NCBI GenBank assembly: GCA_965276885.1
Contig: OZ255702.1
Location: 1,137,286-1,201,285 of the forward strand
Source of the DNA: Granulicella sp.
GTDB taxonomy: Bacteria; Acidobacteriota; Terriglobia; Terriglobales; Acidobacteriaceae
Direction: 5' to 3'
DNA: 64,000 nucleotides
Shown piece by piece: positions 56,108 through 64,000 of this stretch. The number at the start of each line of letters is the position of its first letter. Position 1 is the first letter of the stretch. The notes under the pieces are model-generated. The model had not been told where the DNA came from. It did not search any database and was given only the letters and a program-made list of their open reading frames with translations. The position numbers and the translations under genes are program-made.

Positions 56108-58561
56108 ATGCCGAACGAGTTTGTAAGTGTCATCCGCCCGTCGCAGGGCAAAATTCTCGCTGGAGACGGTCGCGGTCACTCGTATCCCGTTCTGCCAGTG
56201 CGAGATACCGTGTTGTTCCCGCATCAGGTCCTGCCGCTAACCGTGGGTCGTGAGAGTTCCATTCAGCTGATCCAGGCGCTGGGTGAGGACAAGACCATTC
56301 TGGTTGTTGCGCAGAAGGATGCGCGTCAGGATTCGCCGGAGGGTGGGGACCTTCATGAGGTGGGTACCCGCGCGACGGTGCATAAAGTCGTCAAGATGCC
56401 GAACCAGAGCCTCTTTGTGTTCACCGAGGGCACGGAGCGCGTGCGCCTGGGCAGCTTCACGCAGACGCAGCCGTACCTTACCGCTGAGGCCGAGCCGATG
56501 GAGGAGATCTCGTCCGAGCCTTCGCCGGAGCTGGAGGCGCTGCAGCGCAACGTGCTGGCCCAGTTTCAGGAGGTTGTGAGCTCCTCGTCCACGCTATCCG
56601 ATGATCTGCAAACCATTGCGATCAACATCGACGAGCCGTCGCGGCTGACAGACTTTATTGCGTCCAATTTGCCGTTTTTGACCACGGTCGAGAAGCAGGA
56701 ACTGCTCGAAATGACCGATCTTAAGGCGCGGCTGGATCGGTTGAACTCTCAGCTTGCAAAGGAGCTCGAGGTCCAGCAGCTGCGCAACAAGATTCAGAGC
56801 GAAGTGCAGGATTCGGTACAGCAATCGCAGCGGGATTACTACCTCCGCGAGCAGATGAAGGCCATTCAAAAAGAGTTGGGCGACCAGGACGACACCCAGA
56901 AGGATATCGCCGAGCTGAAGGAAAAGATCGAGAACGCGGGCATGTCCGAGGCGGTCAAAAAGGATGCGCTGAAGGAGCTCGGGCGCCTGAGCCGCATGAA
57001 TCCGGCGGCGGCGGACTATTCGTTGACGCGCAATTACGTCGAGTGGCTGGCCGTGCTGCCATGGGCGAAGAGCTCCGCCGGCGCCGTGGACATCGCCAAG
57101 GCCAAGGACGTGCTGGATGCGGACCATTATGGGCTAAGGAAGGTCAAGGATCGCATTCTCGACTACCTGAGCGTGCGGCGTTTGAAGCCGGACATGAAGG
57201 GTCCGATCCTGTGCTTTGTTGGGCCTCCGGGCGTGGGCAAAACCTCGCTGGGCCGGTCGATTGCCAAGGCCCTGGACCGCAAGTTCTCGCGCATCTCGCT
57301 GGGCGGTATGCACGACGAGGCGGAGATCCGCGGGCATCGCCGGACGTACATTGGGGCGCTTCCGGGACAGATCATTCAGCACCTGAAGCGTGTCGAGGTA
57401 AACGACCCGGTCTTCATGCTGGACGAGATCGACAAGCTGGGCCGCGACTTTCGTGGCGACCCCGCGTCGGCGCTGCTCGAAACGCTGGACCCCGAGCAGA
57501 ACAACACCTTCCGCGACAACTATCTTGATCAACCGTTCGATTTGAGCAAGGTGCTTTTTATCTGCACAGCCAACCAGCTGGACACGATTCCCGCACCCTT
57601 GCTTGATCGCATGGAGATCATTGAACTCACCGGGTATACCGAAGAGGAGAAGGTTGCCATTGCGGAAAAATATCTGATTCCTCGGCAGATCAAGGAGAAC
57701 GGGCTCGATCCGAACGTGATTGAGTTCCCCACCGAGACCGTGGGCTTGATTGCGCGGCACTACACGCGGGAGGCCGGTGTGCGCAAGCTCGAACAGCTGA
57801 TCGGCACGGCCGCGCGCAAAACAGCGCGGCGCGTGGCTGAAGGCAGCCTGCATCCGGAGAACGGCGAGAAGCTCGTCGTTACGCCGGAGGTGGTGCACGA
57901 GTTCCTCGGCGGCATCAAGGTGCGCGTGGATACGGAGATCGCCGAGCGCACCAAGCGTGCCGGCGTGGCCGTGGGGCTTGCGTGGACGCCGGTGGGCGGC
58001 GATGTGCTGTTCATCGAAGCCAACCGGATGAAGGGCAAGGGCGGCTTCTCCATCACCGGGCAAATCGGCGATGTGATGAAGGAGTCCATGCAGGCGGCGC
58101 TGACGTGGGTGCGTTCCAACGCGCTCGACCTTGGGCTGGATGAGGATGTGCTGAAGGATATCGATCTGCACATCCATGTGCCGGCGGGAGGAATTCCAAA
58201 GGATGGGCCCAGTGCCGGCGTGACCATGGCTACGGCCATCGTCAGCCTGCTGACCGACACGCCCGTCCATCCGCTGCTGGCGATGACCGGGGAGATCACG
58301 CTGAGCGGCAATGTGCTGCCGGTCGGCGGCATCAAGGAAAAGTTCCTCGCGGCCAAGCGGGCGGGCGTCCGTGATGTGATTCTGCCGATCGATGTGAAGG
58401 CGAACGTGGAAGAGGACCTTACGCCGGACCAGGTTGCCGGCGTGACGATCCACTACGCCTCGCGCATCGAGGATGTACTGAATGTAGCGCTGCCCAAGAC
58501 GCCGCGCGAGGCCGTGCAGGACGAGGAGGTACGTGAAGAGGTGCTGGCCGAGGTGGCGTAA
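56108..58561 (+). CDS. lon: ATP-dependent Lon protease
   Basis: GPPGVGKTS; DEIDK; HIHVP; KDGPSAG; GGIKEK. Confidence 0.97.
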   Translation: MPNEFVSVIRPSQGKILAGDGRGHSYPVLPVRDTVLFPHQVLPLTVGRESSIQLIQALGEDKTILVVAQKDARQDSPEGGDLHEVGTRATVHKVVKMPNQSLFVFTEGTERVRLGSFTQTQPYLTAEAEPMEEISSEPSPELEALQRNVLAQFQEVVSSSSTLSDDLQTIAINIDEPSRLTDFIASNLPFLTTVEKQELLEMTDLKARLDRLNSQLAKELEVQQLRNKIQSEVQDSVQQSQRDYYLREQMKAIQKELGDQDDTQKDIAELKEKIENAGMSEAVKKDALKELGRLSRMNPAAADYSLTRNYVEWLAVLPWAKSSAGAVDIAKAKDVLDADHYGLRKVKDRILDYLSVRRLKPDMKGPILCFVGPPGVGKTSLGRSIAKALDRKFSRISLGGMHDEAEIRGHRRTYIGALPGQIIQHLKRVEVNDPVFMLDEIDKLGRDFRGDPASALLETLDPEQNNTFRDNYLDQPFDLSKVLFICTANQLDTIPAPLLDRMEIIELTGYTEEEKVAIAEKYLIPRQIKENGLDPNVIEFPTETVGLIARHYTREAGVRKLEQLIGTAARKTARRVAEGSLHPENGEKLVVTPEVVHEFLGGIKVRVDTEIAERTKRAGVAVGLAWTPVGGDVLFIEANRMKGKGGFSITGQIGDVMKESMQAALTWVRSNALDLGLDEDVLKDIDLHIHVPAGGIPKDGPSAGVTMATAIVSLLTDTPVHPLLAMTGEITLSGNVLPVGGIKEKFLAAKRAGVRDVILPIDVKANVEEDLTPDQVAGVTIHYASRIEDVLNVALPKTPREAVQDEEVREEVLAEVA

Positions 58562-58657
58562 AGCGGCGCGCGTGAGTTGAATCTACGACATGAACAAACC
58601 GGGGCGAGATGCAGGTGCCCTTTGTTCTGACGCGTCAGTAAACACAAGCCGACTTAG

Positions 58658-58746
58658 GGAAGGTCTGATCAAGTCAACGGATAGTAGCCAATAAAATGCC
58701 CGGGGCTGAAGCCCCATGTATTTCGGCGTTTTATCGTAGGGCTGAA
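58658..58746. repeat. Family A element, copy A7 (reverse orientation, truncated)
   Basis: After TTAG: GGAAGGTCTGATCAAG...GGGGCTGAAGCCCC...GTAGGGCTGAA, broken at the hairpin loop. Confidence 0.78.
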
Positions 58747-58754
58747 CAGGCTGC

Positions 58755-59294
58755 AAGGCCAGGCTGTTCGGCATCAGTAAGCGCGGCAACGTCTACCTGC
58801 GCAAGATGCTGATCCATGGCGCACGGGGCGCCGTGCTCCGCACCAAACGGGACAGTTCGCCTTTCGGTGCCTGTCTGGATCGACTGGACGCCAGGGCTCA
58901 CACGAACGTCGTCGTGGTGGCCATGGCCAACAAGCTCGCCCGCATCGCCTGGGCGGTTCTGTCGAGCGGCAACAACTATCGATCGGCAGCCGCGCCAGCC
59001 TAACCAGCGCGGAAAAGAACGCCTGCGGCGCTCCCACTTTCCCGCACTTCGACAACGAATAAGCTCTCCACCGAGGTCTGCACAGGGCAACAAGGACGAA
59101 AGAACAGTCACAACGGCGTGTCTGCAGCCTGGTACCGACAATGGTCTTAAACGACCGTGCGACTTATAAGGACCGATACGCGCGCATCTCATCCTGGCCA
59201 GGAGAACTAGTCTCCACTCAAAGGCCGAATACATTTGCGCAGACTTGTCTTCTCGACCAAACTTCCCCCTTGCAGTCGCGCGGCGGACCATACA
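58755..59294 (+). mobile_element. IS1111-type IS110 fragment: transposase C-terminus (58755-59003) plus long right end
   Basis: GISKRGNVYLRKMLIHGAR...AMANKLARIAWAVL; right end finishes TTGCAG...GGCGGACCATAC. Confidence 0.82.
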
Positions 59295-59398
59295 CTCTTA
59301 GGACTTGCCATGCCACTCACCAAGCGCCGGATTGGGCTTGAAGTTAAGGCCGTGACTACATTTTGAGTCGAAGGCGTGGAAGGGACGCTCGAATATCT

Positions 59399-60301
59399 GT
59401 GAGCAAGCAGACCTCCTCATCTTTGCAGATCGCTGTTATCGGAGTTGGAGGCATTGGAAGCACCTTCGCCTTCCAACTGGCCAACACCGGTCAAAATCGT
59501 GTAACCGTTGTTGCGCGTTCCGGATCACTCCGGTTGGAACAGTTGCAACGCGATCAGGGCATCGTCAACCTTAAAGGTGAACGTGCAGATGTACTTGTCA
59601 CCGATCGCCTTGATGAGCAGACGCCCTACGATCTCGTGCTCGTCACACTGCAGGCGCAACAGGTCGAGGCCGTGCTGCCCGCCCTTCAGCGCAGCGTGGC
59701 CCACCGGATCCTGTTTATGTTCAATAACTTTGAACCAGAGCGTTTGAGGGACGCTGCCGGCGCAGAGCGCTCCTCGTTTGGAATGCCCTTCGTGCAGGCG
59801 ACTGTCAACTCTGACGGAAAGTTGAACGCAAGGATCGGTGCTCAAGGCCAAAAGAGCAAAATTGACCAACAGGATTGTGTGGATCTCTTCAATGCTGCCG
59901 GCCTTCCCGCTGTTCTTGAGCACGAGATGCTGCTCTGGCTCCGATGCCACGTTCCCTTGTGTGTCGCTTTTGAAAGCATATGCGTGGCCGGGGTTCGTCG
60001 TGGTGGTGGTGCGTCGTGGGGCGAGTCGATGACGATCGCACGGGGTATGCAGGAAAGCTACACGCTTATCCAGCGGCTCGGCTATCGTTTGTATCCATCA
60101 GGCAAGGCGAGACTTCACGCAAGTCCGGCATGGATGGTCGCAGGCATGCTCTGGGGTATGTCCCGCGTGATTTCGTTTCGCAATCTGCTTGCCACCGGCG
60201 TTAACGAGTGCCGGGCGCTGGGAGAGGTTTTGGTCACAGCGGCGCATCGAGCGGATCCCCCTGTTTCGGTGGAGTTGATCGCGGCGATGAAACCATCCTG
60301 A
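59399..60301 (+). CDS. Ketopantoate-reductase-family oxidoreductase
   Basis: IAVIGVGGIG; YDLVLVT; ILFMFN; WLRCH. Lower GC than flanks; probable GTG start. Confidence 0.8.
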   Translation: MSKQTSSSLQIAVIGVGGIGSTFAFQLANTGQNRVTVVARSGSLRLEQLQRDQGIVNLKGERADVLVTDRLDEQTPYDLVLVTLQAQQVEAVLPALQRSVAHRILFMFNNFEPERLRDAAGAERSSFGMPFVQATVNSDGKLNARIGAQGQKSKIDQQDCVDLFNAAGLPAVLEHEMLLWLRCHVPLCVAFESICVAGVRRGGGASWGESMTIARGMQESYTLIQRLGYRLYPSGKARLHASPAWMVAGMLWGMSRVISFRNLLATGVNECRALGEVLVTAAHRADPPVSVELIAAMKPS

Positions 60302-60363
60302 CCATCCCAAGGCTTGGCAGGAGCCGACACAAAATTTAAGAAGACGGAAATCCTGCATTATTT

Positions 60364-60820
60364 GTGAAGCAGCTATTGGCCTACACGGCCAACCTGCAGA
60401 CCTCGCTGATTGGGCTTGAAGCTTGTGCCGGAGCTCACTTCCTGGGCCGGGCTTTGCGCAAGCAGGGCCACGATGTTCGGCTGATTCCAGGACAGTTCGT
60501 AAAGCCGTTCGTGAAGTCCAACAAGAACGACTTCGTAGACGCTGAGGCCATTGCCGAGGCCGTCGAGCGCAAGAACATGCGCTTTGTCCCGATCAAGACC
60601 GACGACCAGCTGGACCTGCAAGCGATCCACCGAGTGCGGGACAGGCTGGTCTCACGACGCACCGCCGTGATCACCAGATCCGTGCCTTTCTGCTGGAACG
60701 CGGCCTGGTGTTCGCAAAGAGGCCGGCCCAACTCAAGGCTGCCATGGCAGACATCCTGGAGAACGCAGAGGCTGACTTCACCCCGATGATGCGCAACCTG
60801 ATCAACACGCTATGGAGCGG
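60364..60820 (+). pseudogene. Internal fragment of an IS110 (IS1111-type) transposase
   Basis: GLEACAGAH; KNDFVDAEAIAEA; frameshift near 60672; both ends missing. Confidence 0.82.
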
Positions 60821-61028
60821 CAGACGGTCTGCCTCTCCGCATTCTGCACGCGAATCTCCTGATTCACTCTCCACCCAAAGCGAGGAACTGCAGCGCAATC
60901 ACCGGCGGGGCAAGTCTGTAAAGCGTTTCTGGTGTCATGGGTGTGCCGTGTACGACCGCTGAAAGTGATGAAGCGTCTGAGGAGCCGCGCCTGGTATACC
61001 CGCTGCGTGGCTCCGTTTGTGATGAAGA

Positions 61029-62072
61029 TCAGGCCGCGGACGCTTTGAATCCGGTCACTGCCTCTATCGCGCGGTGTAGTATGACCGGATCAGAGATACC
61101 CTGATTATCCGGACGGGGCGTGTAAGGCGACTCGAGTCTTGTAACTTCTTCGTCCGTCAAGGTGACAGCGAGTGCCGCAATCGCATCGTCGATGTGCCTG
61201 GTCTTGAGAGCGCCCACGATGGGCGCGGCAACAACGGGTTTGCCCCGGAGCCAGGCTAGTGCGATGTTTGCCTGGCTGACGCCACGTTCCTTAGCCACTG
61301 CCGCCACCGCCTCAACGATCTTTTGATTACTCTCCGCGTTTGCCTCGTCTTTGTAGCCCGCAGCCGCCTCTGTTTCTGATCGCGCCGTAGTTTCTCCCCA
61401 TGGACGCGCAAGCACTCCACGCGCAAGCGGGCTATAGACAACCGTTTGAACGCCTTCATCAGCGCAGAGCGGCAGCACCTCGCGCTCCTCCTCGCGCGTG
61501 AGCAGATTGTAGGTGTCCTGCAAGGACACGAAGCGTGCCCAGCCATTCGCTTTTTGCAGGTGAAGCGCTTTGCTGAACTCCCATGCCTTCATGGAGGACG
61601 CGCCGAGATAGCGCACCTTGCCCATTTTCACCAGGTCGTGAAGCGCCTCCAGTGTCTCTTCCCATGGAGTCAGCTGGTCGCGACGATGGATCTGGTACAG
61701 ATCGACATAATCGGTGCCAAGCCGCCTCAGGCTATGATCGATCTCCGTCATGATCGCCTTGCGGGACAACCCGATGGCGTTGGGTCCGTTATGTGTGGCG
61801 GAGGCGACCTTCGTCGCGATGACGACACTGTCGCGGTGGGTGAAGTCCTTCAGCGCCCGGCCTACAATCTCTTCGCTTCCCCCGTTTGAATACATGTTGG
61901 CTGTGTCAAAGAAGTTGATCCCCGCCTCGACCGCGTGGCGGATCAGTGAGCGGCTGGCCTCCTCATCAAGCGACCAACTGGGATAGGCGCGCGAAGGTTC
62001 ACCAAAGCCCATACACCCAATACAAATGGGAGAGATGTCAAGACCTGTGCGCCCGAGCTTTTTGTATTGCAT
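61029..62072 (-). CDS. Aldo/keto reductase
   Basis: GINFFDTANMYS; IATK; DYVDLYQIH; GKVRYLGAS; YSPLARG. Confidence 0.95.
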   Translation of the reverse strand: MQYKKLGRTGLDISPICIGCMGFGEPSRAYPSWSLDEEASRSLIRHAVEAGINFFDTANMYSNGGSEEIVGRALKDFTHRDSVVIATKVASATHNGPNAIGLSRKAIMTEIDHSLRRLGTDYVDLYQIHRRDQLTPWEETLEALHDLVKMGKVRYLGASSMKAWEFSKALHLQKANGWARFVSLQDTYNLLTREEEREVLPLCADEGVQTVVYSPLARGVLARPWGETTARSETEAAAGYKDEANAESNQKIVEAVAAVAKERGVSQANIALAWLRGKPVVAAPIVGALKTRHIDDAIAALAVTLTDEEVTRLESPYTPRPDNQGISDPVILHRAIEAVTGFKASAA

Positions 62073-62159
62073 AGACCCTCCGAACCGGGGTACAAATGGA
62101 TAACTCTCCGGTTACAGGGAGAGCCTAGCGGAGAGTTCTCCGCTTTGTCAAGGGAGGTT

Positions 62160-62717
62160 ATGGTTAACGACGCGAGATTGCGTGCGGATGCGCGAGCCAA
62201 CCGGGACCGCATTCTGGATGTGGCGCGCGATGCCCTATCTGCTGATTCCGCGGCATCCCTGAACTCGATCGCGAAGGCGGCTAACGTCGGCGCCGGCACG
62301 CTGTATCGTCATTTTCCGAGCCGTGAATCTTTGGTGCTTGGGGTGTATCGCAAGGAGATCGACACCTTAGTAGCGCTTGCGCCCATACTGCTGGCCAAGC
62401 ACCCGCCGCTCCAGGCCTTGCGTGCCTGGTGCGACCGGCTGGCGAAATTCGGGAGAATGAAGTACGGGGTTGCTGATATCGTCCATGCGGCTACGTCGGA
62501 TCAGGATGTTGAAGAGATCTACACGCCGATGCTGGGTGCGGTTCGCCAGCTCATTTCTGCCTGCGAGAGGTCCGGCGATATCCGTCCCAAAGCCGATCCC
62601 GAGGATTTCCTGGTGTTTGTGGGCCTGTTATGGCGCATCCCCCCAGACTCAACCGGAGAAGCGCGTGTGAAAAGACTTCTCGCGCTTGCTTTCCGTGGCC
62701 TGGGCGCAAAGGATTAG
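62160..62717 (+). CDS. TetR-family regulator
   Basis: LRADARANRDRIL; IAKAANVGAGTLYRHFP; GGGAGG RBS before ATG 62160; divergent from the AKR gene. Confidence 0.93.
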   Translation: MVNDARLRADARANRDRILDVARDALSADSAASLNSIAKAANVGAGTLYRHFPSRESLVLGVYRKEIDTLVALAPILLAKHPPLQALRAWCDRLAKFGRMKYGVADIVHAATSDQDVEEIYTPMLGAVRQLISACERSGDIRPKADPEDFLVFVGLLWRIPPDSTGEARVKRLLALAFRGLGAKD

Positions 62718-62899
62718 TCCCCGGAAACGCGCATCTCGTCAGTCAACCCGCTCAGCCCGCGTTCCTCCATCCTATGCGACTTCGCGTTACCTATGATCCG
62801 GCATGGCTTTGGAAGAGGCTGAACGAACCGGTTTTCATCGGCACAACGGCATTGTTGCAGATGCAACAATTGACATCTGTACTCAGCGTTCCTAGTCTG

Positions 62900-63187
62900 A
62901 TGACTATGGATGTTCAGCTTACCGCCGACCAGAAAGCCTTTGCGCGCCATGCCATTGAGACGGGCAGAATCCACCATGAGAATGATGTGGTGCAGGAGGC
63001 GCTTGCGCTTTGGGAAGATCGTGAGCGCGCCCGATTGCAAATTCTTGCCACGCTCGATATTGCGGAAGCTTCGCTTGCACGAGGCAAGGGCCGCGTGATT
63101 ACCGAGCAATCCATGATGGACCTTGCCATTGAAGTAAAACAACGCGGACGGGCGCGGTTTGTCGCAAAACAAACTTCACGTAGCTGA
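62900..63187 (+). CDS. ParD-like antitoxin
   Basis: VQLTADQKAFAR.AIETGR...DVVQEAL.LWE; TGATG coupling to the next gene. Confidence 0.8.
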   Translation: MTMDVQLTADQKAFARHAIETGRIHHENDVVQEALALWEDRERARLQILATLDIAEASLARGKGRVITEQSMMDLAIEVKQRGRARFVAKQTSRS

Positions 63188-63485
63188 TGTCCCACCGCGT
63201 TTCACCTGAAGCCGAGGCAGAGCTGGATGGCATCTGGTACTACATCGCCAAGGAAAGCGGCAGCATGGACGTAGCGGCCGTTTTGTGGACTCCCTGACCG
63301 ATAGGTTTTACCTGCTTGCCATGAACCCGCATATCGGCCGCCGCCGCGACGGAGATTTGCGTCCCGGCATGCGTAGCTTTCCCGTCGGTGAATATCTCAT
63401 CCTGTACCGCGTAGACGAGTCAGACGTGCTGATTTTGCATGTAGTCAGAGGCAGCAGGAACATAGAAGCACTTTTTGGGCTTTAG
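63187..63485 (+). pseudogene. ParE/RelE-family toxin with a 1-nt frameshift near 63277
   Basis: SPEAEAELDGIWYYIA in one frame; PHIGRRR..LRPGMRSFPVGEYLILYR...LHVVRGSRN in the next. Confidence 0.8.
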
Positions 63486-63616
63486 ACTACTGCGCGGCGT
63501 ACAGCTTCATTGCCAAGACGGTTCGGCTAGACGCTCCTTCATTTAGCCGGAGGGCACAGAAGACATGTGCTCGTCCTGGAGTCGAACTGAACAGGGGCAA
63601 GACAGTTCCGACATGT

Positions 63617-64000
63617 CTAATCGTAGGCGGTGTGCTGGGGAAAGCCGTCGTACACGACCCTGTGCTGGCCGGCCTGTGGTTGCTTCGTCATAATGTCGAT
63701 CGCTTCAAGACCGCACGCATTGCAGAGGACGTGAAGCGGACCACCCTCCGGCCAACTGAGCTTCACCTTGGAAGCCAGGGTAGCCACCAGTACCGCTGAC
63801 TTCCTGATGTCCTCCTCGTTGATGACGTGCTGGATGTTCCTGCCAGTCGGGATGACTACCACGTAGAACACGTCATTACTCAAAGCAGCGCTTCGGGATC
63901 GACGGACCAGAACAGCCGATGAGGAGCTATCCGGAGCACGCACTTGATCAATGATTGTGTTCGTCATCGGAGCAGGGCGCGAGCAACTGGCCACGACGCA
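63617..64000 (-). CDS. Probable exported protein or lipoprotein (partial, start beyond window)
   Basis: Frame is open from 64000 (CVVASCSRP...); beta-rich AVLVRR...FYVVVIP. Confidence 0.5.
   Translation of the reverse strand, partial: CVVASCSRPAPMTNTIIDQVRAPDSSSSAVLVRRSRSAALSNDVFYVVVIPTGRNIQHVINEEDIRKSAVLVATLASKVKLSWPEGGPLHVLCNACGLEAIDIMTKQPQAGQHRVVYDGFPQHTAYD

Noticed and set aside
59004-59294. Guide assignment for the third IS110 right end
   Set aside because: The left junction is deleted, so target and donor cannot be reconstructed; only short chance-level matches were seen.

Overview
GC-rich bacterial chromosome segment that looks like Acidobacteriaceae. This is inferred from the Oar-like TonB-dependent receptors, VTPEP-type PEP-CTERM proteins and the repeat types. 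Bases 1-17.6 kb form a glycan/ester utilisation-like cluster: two TonB receptors, two Tat-exported sulfatases, an SGNH hydrolase, a LacI regulator with an operator, a carboxylesterase and secreted unknowns. A housekeeping backbone follows: M16 peptidase, uvrC, mazG, lnt, prfB with its +1 frameshift, tsaC, TrmH, rarA, PduO, a GH3 glycosidase, lon, tRNA-Asp and tRNA-Leu. Accessory genes include a type III PKS, SDR/AraC and AKR/TetR modules and toxin-antitoxin pairs. The most striking signal is non-coding: several families of hairpin-rich miniature elements bounded by CTAA/CTAG, which serve as insertion sites for other elements. Two different IS110-family elements sit inside two different repeat families at a CT core. 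Each carries, in its non-coding end, short sequences that match its own target and donor junctions in the order expected for bridge/seek guide RNAs. One site (26.9-28.6 kb) is a fully resolvable nest: one host repeat with three insertions. An unannotated 27-aa type I toxin-like peptide in a structured transcript lies at 23.4 kb. No CRISPR array or rRNA was seen. All calls are by eye; no database searches were run.
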